Below are positions 29,628 to 41,280 of a stretch of 64,000 nt of DNA, one piece after another. The position numbers and the translations under genes are program-made. This stretch comes from a bacterium. Its GTDB lineage: Bacteria > Hinthialibacterota > Hinthialibacteria > Hinthialibacterales > Hinthialibacteraceae. The notes below the pieces were generated by a model. The model worked only from the letters and a program-made list of their open reading frames with translations, did no database searches and had not been told where the DNA came from. Location: positions 32,001-96,000 of the forward strand of contig CAXXSM010000073.1 in NCBI GenBank assembly GCA_963663405.2. The letters are read 5' to 3'. How positions within the stretch are numbered: position 1 is the stretch's first letter; every line of letters starts with the position of its first letter.

Positions 29628-30938
29628 TTGATTCGTTGTGTAAAGGAGTCTGCTATGAGAACCGTGAACACATCTTTGAAATCCACTACGAAATGTTCTC
29701 CGTATCGTTGGGCTTGCCGCCGGGAAACGAATTTGGAACAAGGATCGATTTTAGTCTTAACGGCAATGAGCATTGTATTCATTATGATATCCGCCGCGCT
29801 ATGTCTTGACATTGGATACATTATTTTAGCCGAAGGGCAACTGCAAAACGCCGCGGAAGCCGCCTCACTCGCCGGCGCCGCCGAATTGATTGATGAAGGT
29901 ATCTTATATGGTGATGTGTCCTTTGAGGATGATATCACGTTCGCGCGCAATAACGCCGAATCTATCGCTTTCCAGAACAAAGCGGCCAATAGATCATTGG
30001 CCTTACACCGCAATGATGAGAATCTTCCGGATGGAGGGATCGTTGTCGGCTATATTGAAGATCCAAGCGATCCAACGAGTCCATTACTCACAGACAATCC
30101 GGCCTATTACAATTCCGTCCAAGTTGAAACAAGTCTAACCCATGATGTGAATGGACCGTTGGGATTGTTTTTCAGCGCGTTCGCGGGAACTGGAACCGTC
30201 CAGATCTCCAAACGGGCGACAGCCACGATTGATGACCGGATTATCGGATTCGCCTTATCCGATGGGCCGTATGGTGAAGAGAGTCTCATGATGCTTCCTT
30301 TCACGATTCTCTACGACACTTGGGTTGAAGGTATGGATGGAGATGATCATCCCCTCGATTGCCCGTGTCCTCATGAACCGGATGTGGATGATTACACCTA
30401 CGATCCAGTAACAGGCGCTGTCTCCCCAGGCAGTGACGGCATTCCGGAAATGAAATTATACCCCAACAAAGACGGCGTCTGCGGCCAGGAAGATTTACCC
30501 GGTAATTTCGGGACCATAGATATCGGCCCCTCAAACAATAGTACGGATGATATACGGCGGCAGATAATTTACGGGATATCGCAGGCGGATTTGGACGCGA
30601 TCGGTGGCTTGCTCATGACGGATGAAGGTGGAGGGAATTTCTCGCAATGGTTGGAGGGTGACACAGGCGTCAGCACCACAGTGCGATTTGAATTGGATGA
30701 TATCATTGGACAACCACGTTTGATTGCGTTGTACCGTACTGCAATCAATAATGGAGACAACGCGGAATATAAGATTGTAAAATTTGCCGGCGTGCGGGTT
30801 ATGGATGTAAACATGACAGGCGCGTTACAAAACCGGAACGTTGTCGTTCAACCTTGTACGATTACATGTAACAGTGGAATTATCCATCCAGACGCGCCTC
30901 ATTCTGGACTCGTTTACGCAATGGCCCTAACGCGATAA
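29628..30938 (+). CDS. TadG/TadE-like Flp pilus-associated protein
   Basis: QGSILVLTA...LCLDIG.....QLQNAAEAASLAGA; NSVQV, A.A.I, PGNFG. Confidence 0.75.
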   Translation: MIRCVKESAMRTVNTSLKSTTKCSPYRWACRRETNLEQGSILVLTAMSIVFIMISAALCLDIGYIILAEGQLQNAAEAASLAGAAELIDEGILYGDVSFEDDITFARNNAESIAFQNKAANRSLALHRNDENLPDGGIVVGYIEDPSDPTSPLLTDNPAYYNSVQVETSLTHDVNGPLGLFFSAFAGTGTVQISKRATATIDDRIIGFALSDGPYGEESLMMLPFTILYDTWVEGMDGDDHPLDCPCPHEPDVDDYTYDPVTGAVSPGSDGIPEMKLYPNKDGVCGQEDLPGNFGTIDIGPSNNSTDDIRRQIIYGISQADLDAIGGLLMTDEGGGNFSQWLEGDTGVSTTVRFELDDIIGQPRLIALYRTAINNGDNAEYKIVKFAGVRVMDVNMTGALQNRNVVVQPCTITCNSGIIHPDAPHSGLVYAMALTR

Positions 30939-30957
30939 TAAATACAGGCGTTCTTAC

Positions 30958-30987
30958 AATGGAACGCGGGCGTCTCCACCCGTGAAA
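30958..30987 (+). repeat. 30-bp REP-like direct repeat, copy 1
   Basis: AATGGAACGCGGGCGTCTCCACCCGTGAAA, 24/30 identical to 32433-32462. Confidence 0.65.
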
Positions 30988-31005
30988 AACACTATCGTGA
31001 ATACT

Positions 31006-32427
31006 TTAATAATCCACCCGGCGCGCTTTTGCTAATCGTGCTCCCATCCCACTTCCTGTAAACAGCACAGGCTCAATTCCTTGTTTCTTCGCGTTATCCA
31101 TTGTGATCTGTTTCGCGGTTTTCACACCTTTTGGGCCGGCGCACAATACACAGACCGTTCCCCCACTGCCTCCTCCGGTGATCTTCGCCCCATATACACC
31201 CCGCTCCGGCCCCGCCGCTCTTACAGCCTCCACGATTTCATCCGTCACGGCGTTCCCCAAGCCACAGTTTGAGTAACTGGCGTGCGATTGATACATCAAT
31301 TCACCGAGTGTAAACAGATAGTCCCTCCGTTCTTTGGGCGTCATCGTTTCTGGCTTAAACAAGGAAAGCAGGTTCGCGAAGGCGTTTACTCTATGGTTTT
31401 CATATACTGGATGCGCCGCGCAGTTCTGAATCGCATACTCTTGATTCTGTTGAATTGTTGTGACCGAATCAATCGTTGTTCCATATTGTTTTAAGAACTC
31501 CCGTCCACTCATAACTTCCGGTAGTAGAATCCGGTATTTGGTTTCAAAAAGAGAGGGCGGAATATTGGCGAGGTAACCGGCGTATGGTAATCCGAAAGTG
31601 TCTCCACTGCGTTTCGCTGTTTGGAGAGATTTCATTGTGGCTCCTTCGCTTCGGGCGATGATGGTGTAACCCATAAACGCGGCCGCCCGCACATCTCCAT
31701 ACGACGCGCCACTCACCGCATGTCGAACTCCGCTGTCAATTCCCACAAAAGAGATGGTGTTTGGGATGGTCAGAGACGGCCGTACGAGATCCGGCTGACA
31801 GAGAATCGGCAACAAACGGTCTTTCTCTCCCAAGTAAGAAGCCAGCTGATCCATTAAACCACAGGGCGCTCCGGCGATCTGGTTCTCAACAGTCTGCGCC
31901 AGAATCGGTAATTCGGTTTTCCCCAGTTTCAACTTGCAGACATGGGCCAAAACTGTCATCACGGCTACTTCAATCGCCGCCGAAGACGAAACGCCTTTCC
32001 CGATCGGCACATTCGAGTCGATCCAGATATCCGCGCCCGGAATGGAAACGCCCTTCTCACATTGCAAGACTAAAAAACAACCGAGCGCATACGCCGCCCA
32101 TTGGCTCTCTTGATCTTTCGAAATCATGGCGCGAGCCTTGGTGTAATCGATTGTTCCATTCTTCCCAACGAAACGGTCTAAGGAATATTCAGCGCTCTCC
32201 GAAAGTCCGGCTCGCTTCGCCGATTCACTATAGATTCGAACACGCCTATCCTCCCGCTTGGCCAAGAAAGCGTCCGTCCGTTCTTTGATCGGCATTTGCA
32301 AGACTAATGAACCGGAGTAATCCGCGATCCCTCCCATGACATCCAAACGCCCCGGCGCCGACGCGGAATACACGGACCGATTCTCTCCAAAAAATTGTTT
32401 CATTTCAGTTTTGTTTTTTGTTTTCAT
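31006..32427 (-). CDS. GHMP sugar kinase, L-arabinokinase/galactokinase-like
   Basis: APGRLDVMGGIADYSGSLVLQMP, VPIGKGVSSSAA, GAPCGLMDQ, GAKITGGGSGGTV. Confidence 0.9.
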   Translation of the reverse strand: MKTKNKTEMKQFFGENRSVYSASAPGRLDVMGGIADYSGSLVLQMPIKERTDAFLAKREDRRVRIYSESAKRAGLSESAEYSLDRFVGKNGTIDYTKARAMISKDQESQWAAYALGCFLVLQCEKGVSIPGADIWIDSNVPIGKGVSSSAAIEVAVMTVLAHVCKLKLGKTELPILAQTVENQIAGAPCGLMDQLASYLGEKDRLLPILCQPDLVRPSLTIPNTISFVGIDSGVRHAVSGASYGDVRAAAFMGYTIIARSEGATMKSLQTAKRSGDTFGLPYAGYLANIPPSLFETKYRILLPEVMSGREFLKQYGTTIDSVTTIQQNQEYAIQNCAAHPVYENHRVNAFANLLSLFKPETMTPKERRDYLFTLGELMYQSHASYSNCGLGNAVTDEIVEAVRAAGPERGVYGAKITGGGSGGTVCVLCAGPKGVKTAKQITMDNAKKQGIEPVLFTGSGMGARLAKARRVDY

Positions 32428-32432
32428 AGCAT

Positions 32433-32462
32433 AATGGAGCGTGTGCGTCCCCGCCTGTGAAA
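32433..32462 (+). repeat. 30-bp REP-like direct repeat, copy 2
   Basis: AATGGAGCGTGTGCGTCCCCGCCTGTGAAA. Confidence 0.65.
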
Positions 32463-32577
32463 TAATTATATAGTAAGAAGCATTAATGCTTTAACATTTC
32501 AGGAAATGATTCCACGACTATCAACCATATCCTGAATATCCTTACAACTTGGAAATCCAGATTCAGACAAAAAACAC

Positions 32578-35500
32578 TCAATAAACCATCCAAACATCAA
32601 CTGGCGTTTCTCCCTCTTGAAATCCAGGGGTTGGAGTCTCCGCCGTCCAATTTGTGGGATCATTCCCCGATCGCTGCGCTGAAATCCTCTGAAGTGATAA
32701 CCCGGATCGATCCGCGCCGGATGGCCAGGGATCTTTGTCGAAATAAATCACTTCATCCACAATCCCCCATGCCACACCCACCGCATCGACATATACTGGT
32801 TTTTCCAAAGCGATCCGTTCACCCCGGTTGGAGAGTTTACCATCGTAAGGGCCAATAATCGGCGCTTGGATTGAATCAAGTCCATACGTATTCTTAAACG
32901 CTTTCAGCGACAACGCCTGCGCGGGGAGAAAATTCACAATCAGACAATAATCATGGGATGGAATCAAGGTTTGAGGTGGGAAAGAAAAATCGATTCCCCC
33001 AGCGAGCCGCCATGATCCGTTCTCATTCCAAAGTTCAATGGGCTGATCTGTTGGATTGGATAATTCAATGTATTCAAATCCATTGTCATCGCCGTCTAGT
33101 GGCGCGTACATGATTTCATTCATGACGATGTGGGGCGGACCGGCGTTATTTTCTATATTGCGGGATGGGTTCATGGTATGCCAGAAAGTGTTCCCATCAG
33201 CGTAACGTCCCAGCGATACTCCAGTTTCCTGCGCTTTATAACGCGCCGTATCTACTACCCGGTCAATTCCTTTGATTCCAGGTAGATAGGAAAGGTACAG
33301 TTCGCCTCCCCATTCGTCTAATTCAAATCCGTCATGTTCTGAATCAATAGAACTTAAGGTTGTATTGTAAAGAAAGGCTTCTCGATCGAAACTCGCAAAA
33401 CCGTTCGCGGCGATATCGGTTGTTAGAAATCGCCATTTATTTAATTCACTGGGATCGTCGCTCAGATACCAGCCATTCATGCCTATAGGCGCCGGGGATT
33501 GATTGTATATCTCAATCCAATCGTTTTCCCCTTCATTCGCCGCCAACTCATTCAACACGAGATTGTCAATAGAGAATGGTTCTTCATCACCGGGTGATCC
33601 ACCAATTGTCTGGCTGGCCTTCCAGTTTCCACCGTAATACAACGATCCCTCCGGCTGCGATCTCACCGCAGTATCCAAAGGGATAAGTGAATGACCGGCT
33701 CCATCGGCGGCGATTGGCCAGCCCCGCGCGTCATTGTACTCAAGCGAAACAATCACCGACACTTCATCCGAAGCGGTGAGGATCAATTCCTCTCCTTCGT
33801 TCGAAAGATTTTTCTTATACGGTCCGACAATCGATGCGCTACCGTTGAGTTCATAGTGATTGCGAAAAACATCCTGTTCTCTCCCAACTTCCGCGTTGAT
33901 TACTAAAAGGTAAGCGCCCGCGGGCACAAGAGTGTCTGGTTCAAATACGTAATCGATTCCCTCCGTAAACGCCGCGCCGCTTAGATCGAGCGCTAGCGTA
34001 TCATGCGAGTTATGCAGTTCAATATATTCAAACGCGCCGCCGTCCGGTGGATTGTACATCAACTCAGTCACTTGCAAATATTTACGTAGTATGGTGATTT
34101 CCGAGGAAGATTCGCCGGTGATAAATTCCGCTTCGCTCAATGCGCTCCAATTCGATCCATCATACGCCCGCGCCCGGATCTGTACGTTTTGTGTTATTGG
34201 AACGGCTTGTTTATATTGGATCGCTGTCTCTTCATTCAGAGCGCCTCCAGGCAGACGTGGATCAGAGCCATCCAAGGTATAATAAATTGGATACTCTTCA
34301 TTGCCATCTATCGGAATTTCAGCATCCAATGTCAGACCAAATACGATATCACTACTCGTCGCATTCGTTTGATGGACTTCTACGGCGATTAGATTCTCCC
34401 CTGTGGTTAACACATTCACAGGAATCTCAAATGGGCCTTCAAAATCGGCGTCGCCCACTGTCCGGTTGGCGAAATCCGTATAGCGGATCACGCCATCCGG
34501 CATCCCAATCCGGTATACTTCTTGATCGTTCAAATACACAACCGCGCCGTCATCGACAAATAATCGTAATGTTAATTTGGTTTTGCTTTAGATCGATTTC
34601 GGTGGGAATAGTGAAACGCTTCCGGAAATAGTATGTCGTTTGACCAAGTTCAAGCGGTGTGTTTTTCTCGGCGTTCAAGTCAGAACTTTCCACATAAAAA
34701 AGAGCCTTTCCCGATGGCCATCCCTCATCGTTATAAGCCTCCATTTTCCATCGAATGCCAAGATTGGTCCCGGATTGTTCGTATTTCCATGTATCATCGA
34801 TCGCAATGAAAGACACCGTAGTAAAAGATGGCGCTTTACTTGTCATGGTCAACGGAAATCCCACCTGCGTGAGTCCACCGTTATGATTGAATTCGGGCGC
34901 TGGAATTGTGGGATACAGATTCGCCTGCCGCAGTTGATTCAAAACAATATCCGTCCGGACTGAAAGATACTCATTCAAAATCCGGTTAATTTCCGGGAGC
35001 CAATGCTCGTCCCGTGTGCGTGGCGTGTTGCGGCCTGTATCTCCCCATCGCGCTGATTCTCCTACAATCGCCCGATCGATGTACGCCGCCAGTTTCCGGT
35101 ATCGCTCTTGCGAGGCTTGCGCCGTCAACGCGCCTTCGTTGAAAAAGTGGTGATGAATGCGATCGGCCACCCGAATTAAAAATTCTTTGTTTTGCCGCAG
35201 TTGCTGAAAAACATGCGCAGGATTATCTCGCCCATTGTGAAACTCGATTACGTTACGGTCATTTTCTTCCAACGTCCATTCCGAATCCCAGGCGTAAAAA
35301 TGATATCCTTCCCCAGGCTTTCGCAGCCGGGAGGAATAAAAATTCCACGGTGTGCCGCCTCCACCGATTACCGTAGGCGCGTCACGGTTCCCCGTAAAAT
35401 AGATTGTGAGCATATAGTCGATCAAACCGTCAATATCCACAAAGTCTTGTATTGCCTGATATTGAGTGTCATCTTCAAAGCCTCCCGCGTTCACTAACGT

Positions 35501-38156
35501 GATCATTTGATCCCAGGCGATATTATTCCCAGCTTTGACTTGAACATTGTTATAGTCCCGCGTTCCCCCGGTCACCACATCCCATTCATCTTTCTCTCCC
35601 CCCAAATGTTCGGCGGAGAAGGCTTCGTCCGGGCGTTCGCAAATGTTGTAAAGGCCCCAATACAATCCATTGAGATAGAGGTGCATGTATGTTCCATGTG
35701 ATGCGGGCTGCCCCAGCGCAAGTTGCGTTTTTTCGAGAGAATTCATCACGAATGTATTCTGCTTTTCCGATTGTGCTCCCAAATCCTCCTTCTTGACTGT
35801 GCCACGAATAGTTATAACTCCCACGCAGGGTGATCGTATCGAACCGGTCTACTGGTGAGTCGTCAAAGAGGGGATAAATCAACTGGGCGGGACCGTATCG
35901 TTTCTTGAACAGCAATCGAAATGAATGCTTTCTCCGATCCGGCAGACGGCTGTAACCTCCCTGAATTTGAATTCCACAGTCGATCTGAAATCCAGCGCGC
36001 TCATCGGGATAAATAAATTCCACCGATGTTGGACGCTCCCATTCTTCGCCTTTCTTCGTTGGGTTGGTATAAATCCCCGTGGATGGATCAAACAAATCGT
36101 CTCTATTTGTCACAATCGACAAAGAAGGGATCGTCAGAAGATCGTTCTGGATCGTGTATTTATAGAGTTCATGGTTCACAATTTCCGGATCCATATCATA
36201 ATCCGCTGATACATTGTTTCCCCATCGTGTTGGATATCCATCCGGGCGTGTTTGCTGAAGGATATCATCAAGAAAGATGTAGGTATGGGTTTCAATATTG
36301 GATGGATAGTGATCGGGTTTAAACGCAGCGGCGCGGAGTAAAGTTGTTGAATCAATTCGTATTGGCTCTTGGTATATTTCCCCATTCGTTTCGGTTGGGG
36401 GGCTCCCATCAGTAGTATAACGGATCACCGCCTCTTCATCTTCCACCGTAATGGTCAGATCGAAAAATCCGTCGTAAAATCCCCTTTCGCGGCTGCATTG
36501 AGTTGGACCGGCAAAACTGACCGCGCCTTTCCCATTGACCGCTCCTGGACTCGGTTCGCTGAAATAGCGTTCTTCATAGGCAAGGATCTTGGCGGCTTCG
36601 AATTCAGGCAAAATAAAAAAATTATCATCCACCGCGTTTGCGTTCAAACCATGAATCGCAAGAACATTCGTCCCCGATCGCAGAAGAGTGGTGGCGCTCT
36701 CAACAATAAGTTTTTCTTCCTGAATCGATTGCCCGGAAGAGAGTGAACCAGTAGCGGAGGAATTCCATTCTACAATATCCGGCGCGTTTCTTCGTGCGAA
36801 CTCCTGCCCGTTAAGATACGCGATGAATCCATCGTTATACTGAATGCTAAACAAAAATTCCATGTTGGAAGACAAATCATTCAAAAGAAAAGGTAAACGT
36901 AAATACACCGAAGCGTTTTTCCCTTTCATCTCCTCTTCCAGGTCTCCAGCGATCATCCATCCAAAACCACTCGGGCCGATCCCTCCATTTTTTATATCTC
37001 CAACAAGCCTGAAGATGTCAGCGTCAAAAGCCGAATGATGGCCGGGCGCGGCGAATAACTCCAATTCAGCGCCCCCATCGCGTTCAAAATACACTAATTC
37101 CAGGTCATGCGCGCCCTCAGTGAGTACAATGAATCCAAATGTATCATGTGGGCTATGCGTAAGGTTGTCTACGATCACGTCCTCACCATCAATTCGCAGC
37201 CGCGCCCCATCGTCCGAATTGATACCGAAAGTCCAAACACCGGTCTCTGGAATGATTATCTGCCCAGTGACTCGCACTGCGTAATCGCTGGCGTCTACTC
37301 CTGTGCCTAATCCTGGGAACGTTTGATTGGATTCGGTGTAATTCCCATCTGGACCGGTTTCGAGAAAGTTGATGATATCAATCTCTCTTGAGACCATTCT
37401 ACTTTGCCTCGATGGATCACTGATGAGAGAATCCGCCGCTGCAAGATTTCGTATCTGTGTTTTCGAAAAAAACGTCTCCGCTAAAAAACGCCCTGATTGG
37501 GTGTCAAATCCGATCCCCGTTTTTGCTGAAGCCCATGATGAATCATCAAATGTAGGATCTATCCATTGCGCTTCTAAAGATGCGTCTTCAGGGACGAATA
37601 CCTTTGCCACCATGCCAGCGCTGATGAGCGTTTCTACTTCTTCCCGCCGCCCATAGGAGAAACCAGGTTTCTGTTCGGGGAAATGCGGCGTAAATTCATG
37701 TTTGATTGTTAAACCATCCGGTTCTACCAGCGCCAAATATTCACCACTTGTTGACAGGCTGAAATTGGTATGCAGGTTTCCCGAAGGATCTATACGGTTT
37801 TTCCCGGAAGCGAATACGACGAGGCGCCCTCCCGCCGGTATGGAAATATCAGGGAACTTCCATTGCTTCAAATCACGTGGATTATCCGTCAAATACCAAC
37901 CGAATAAACTAACCGGTTCCATACTGGAGTTATAGATTTCAATCCAATCGGATAAATCACCGTCTTCATCCGCAAACGTCAGATTATCCGCCATAATCTC
38001 CGAAATCATCAAAACGCTCTCCGATTCCGGCGCGTTGGCGGGGGCTAGCGTATCTTGAGTGTATCCCGGTTCCGCAAAAATCAGCGTTAGCAGGCAGAAA
38101 AATGATACGATTCCTAAATCTGCTTTAGCATACAGTGTCTCTGTACAATACCCCAT
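32578..38156 (-). CDS. Large secreted LTD / PA14 / CotH-kinase / Fn3-like multidomain protein (two +1 frameshifts near 35733 and 34583)
   Basis: ISEIMADN..DWIEIYN (LTD), SDDGARL (PA14), YTTDGS.P, LYLNGLYWGLYNICER and WDSE (CotH), three C-terminal LTDs; removing one A at each A-run joins the three ORFs. Confidence 0.85.
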
Positions 38157-38454
38157 ATTTAAATAACCTCATTGGAACGACACGTCATTGAAAAGATAAA
38201 TATTAGAATATTGTTAAATATATTACACCCCAGCAAAAACGTAAAAGTAAAATTTACTATAAATTCTTGTTTTTCATCCTATATTTCTCTCACTCAATAT
38301 CAAATCTAATTGCAAAACGGTGATTTCTATCAGAGTAACTTCCCTTCAGCCTTCAGTCTTCAACCTAAACACCTTATAAGACTTGAATCTTATCATGGCT
38401 ATGCAATCCTCTTTTGGACGCAGGGAATGAATTTTGAGCATAAGAAAATGTACG

Positions 38455-39903
38455 ATGTCAAATAAAGAGGAATCAATTGTTAGATATAAAAACCAGATCG
38501 TTCAACGCGATCCGGTTTTCTTCTTTCTTTTGATGAGTCTGGCCGCCGCCTTGACGGTTGTGGGGATCGCCTATCCTCCATACTCCACCATATTAGCGTT
38601 GGGGATCACGGCGGCTTTCTTTCTTCTCATTACGCGTCCGGATGTAGTTTTCGCCTTGTTTTTCGCTGCCGAAACTCTCTTTTCGGAAGATATCCTTCTT
38701 GTCACTGAAAAACTGGCGATTACGATTTACCGGGTACCACTCCCCTATGTGGGGATCAATATCTTCGAAGCGATCCTCTTAATCCTGCTTCTCTATACGC
38801 TGATTCATCGTAAAGGCTGTATCGTGGGAACGCGGCTTGATTTCACGCTCGGATTATTTGCGGTCGCGTGCGCGATTAGTTATCTCACCTGCCTTTGGCT
38901 CTATGGCGATCCGGCGCGGATCTTTGAACCCCGCCGGTTGCTCCATTTTTTCGCCGCTTATTTTCTCACCGTAAATTTGATCCAGACGAAAGAATCGCTG
39001 CGGATGTTTTTAGCGATCTTCTTTATCGCGGTGATTTTAAAAGGTTTGGAAGGCGTGTTTCTCTACACCAGTGGCGCGGGCCTGCAGATTAAATGGAGAA
39101 TCCGGGCGATTTTCACCGGTTGGGGGGATTCCCTCTGTTTTGTGACTTATTTGCTTTTCTTAGGAACATTTCTCTTGGACCGGTGTCCAATCGCCTGGAA
39201 ACGATGGATGATTCTTGGAACGCCTTTTGTTGTCTATTCGTTCTTGTTCTCCTACAAACGGGCGTATTACGTGGCCATGGTGGTTGGTGTGTCCACTCTT
39301 TTCCTTCAGTTGCACAAAAAGGCTCGTTTACGTTTTATCGCCTTAAGCGCGGCATGTATGGTCATCATGATGGGAATGATTACTGTTATGGGGCAATGGA
39401 ACGCTATTGGAATGCGGTTTCATTCGATTCTAAATCCCACGAAAGAAAGCAGCGCCAATTACCGGTTGCTTGAATGGAAAAACGCCCTGATCTCAATCCA
39501 AAAACATCCCGTCTTCGGTATTGGTCTCGGCGGTGTGATGAAAATGGAGATTTTCTTATCCCGCACCAACCTCCTTGGCGTTCATAATACATATTTATGG
39601 GTAGCGGTCAAAATGGGCGCATTTGGATTGTTTACGTATCTCTTTCTCCATTTCGCTTTCCTGCGTCGTCTGCTGCGGCAGAACCGGCGGTTGTGCGATC
39701 CCTTCCTTCGTTCGGTTTCCAAAGCGATCTTTTGTTCCTTCATTGCTTTTTGTACCGCGCAACTCTTCGCGCCCATGTTCTCACAAATGCGCACTTCCGC
39801 ATGGTTAGGAATTATCTTTGGTTTAGGGATGCTCTTGCCGGAATTGGATCGCAGTGACGGGGAAAAATCAGAGGATGCGGCTTCATCGGAAGTTATCCAG
39901 TAA
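38455..39903 (+). CDS. O-antigen ligase / polymerase (Wzy_C) family membrane protein
   Basis: Multiple TM helices; SYKRA, S..YR..EW, HPVFGIGLG, VHNTYL...KMG..G. Confidence 0.85.
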   Translation: MSNKEESIVRYKNQIVQRDPVFFFLLMSLAAALTVVGIAYPPYSTILALGITAAFFLLITRPDVVFALFFAAETLFSEDILLVTEKLAITIYRVPLPYVGINIFEAILLILLLYTLIHRKGCIVGTRLDFTLGLFAVACAISYLTCLWLYGDPARIFEPRRLLHFFAAYFLTVNLIQTKESLRMFLAIFFIAVILKGLEGVFLYTSGAGLQIKWRIRAIFTGWGDSLCFVTYLLFLGTFLLDRCPIAWKRWMILGTPFVVYSFLFSYKRAYYVAMVVGVSTLFLQLHKKARLRFIALSAACMVIMMGMITVMGQWNAIGMRFHSILNPTKESSANYRLLEWKNALISIQKHPVFGIGLGGVMKMEIFLSRTNLLGVHNTYLWVAVKMGAFGLFTYLFLHFAFLRRLLRQNRRLCDPFLRSVSKAIFCSFIAFCTAQLFAPMFSQMRTSAWLGIIFGLGMLLPELDRSDGEKSEDAASSEVIQ

Positions 39904-39932
39904 ATCGTCATATTGATAGGAGAGAGCCTTCA

Positions 39933-41112
39933 CTATAAGCAATCTTCATACACTTTATACGTGGCTCTCGCCGTCTTTTCCCATGTGAAATTCTTCGATC
40001 GTTCAAGTCCTCTTTTTGATAAATCGTTCCAGATTGATTGATTTTGTACGATTGTATGAATGGCTTCAACAATCGTCGTTTTATCAGTTGGATCGATAGG
40101 CAGCGCTGCGCCGCCGGATATTTCACCCAACGATGTTGTCGAAGAGCAGATCACAGGAGTTCCGCAGGCCATGGATTCGAGAACGGGAAATCCAAATCCT
40201 TCCAAAAGTGAACCATTGATGGCTGCTAACGCCGCCTGATTCAAGCGGACGATATCGTTATCTGAAATCTCTTGCAGAAAATGAATTCTCGTTTCCAAGT
40301 TTAATTGTTCTATAGTCTTGAAAATAGTATGATCTTTCCAACCACGGCATCCCGCAATAACGAAGCATATATCCGTGTCTTTGGAAGATTGGAGATACGT
40401 GGAGAACGCCTGGATGAGCCGGACAAGGTTTCGCCGCGGATTTAATGTCGTTACACATAAAAGAAAATGGGGTGAGTATAGTCTAAATTGCCGCAATAGT
40501 TGTTGGGCCAATTCATTTCTATTGATTGCGGGAGTGAAGCGATCGTGATCGATTCCTGGATAAATAATGTTCAACTTGGATTGAACTTGGGGAAACCGTG
40601 TAACAATCTGTTCGGCGGAATAGTGTGAATCTGTAATGATTCCAGCCGCCTTACGAATCGCATGCCGTATTAGAAATTGACACGCAATGGCGTCTCTGTA
40701 CCGGCAAAATTCGGGATTGGTTATAGGAATAATATCATGGAGTGTCACAATCATTGGTATTTTTTTTTGAAAATGGAGGAACCGATACATTATCAAGCGC
40801 ATGAAATAGAGAAGGTTTGGATTCACGAAGAATCTTGGGCAGCGTAAATAGCCACCATAGCTGCCGGAAGCGTTTTTGGGTTTGTATTTGGTTCCAATGA
40901 GGAGACAGCGTTGGCATTCGTGATTGACTGGTCTCCCGTTGCCTGGCGTATTGAGGGATTGACATTGGGAGATCATTGCGAATTAACAGGAATTCACGAT
41001 CACCATAGAGTTGAACGAAGGATCGGACTAGTTCAAAAGTGTACGTCCCAATCCCCCCGGTGGCTCCTAAGAAACTTGTATCAAGCGCAATCTTCAATCG
41101 TCGTAATTCCAA
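39933..41112 (-). CDS. Glycosyltransferase family 4 (MtfB-like), frameshift in the A-run near 40765
   Basis: GGIGTY N-terminus; VTLHD, PRRNL, EGFGFPVLESMACGTPVI, FTWEKTA. Confidence 0.85.
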
Positions 41113-41131
41113 TTTTATTTAGCCGTGTAAA

Positions 41132-41160
41132 GTAGGGCGCGGCTTTATGATCCACCGAAT
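41132..41160 (+). repeat. Dispersed GTAG-initiated repeat, copy B
   Basis: GTAGGGCGCgGCTTTATGATCCACCGAAT, related to 25232-25267. Confidence 0.5.
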
Positions 41161-41280
41161 TCTTTCAGCATTTCCTGTGGGCCGGTCTATCGTGATCCAT
41201 CCGGCGTTTCTACTTGATCATAAATTTCCTTTATCCTGGATTTTAATTAATGCAATTAACAAACATTTAAATATAGTGGA

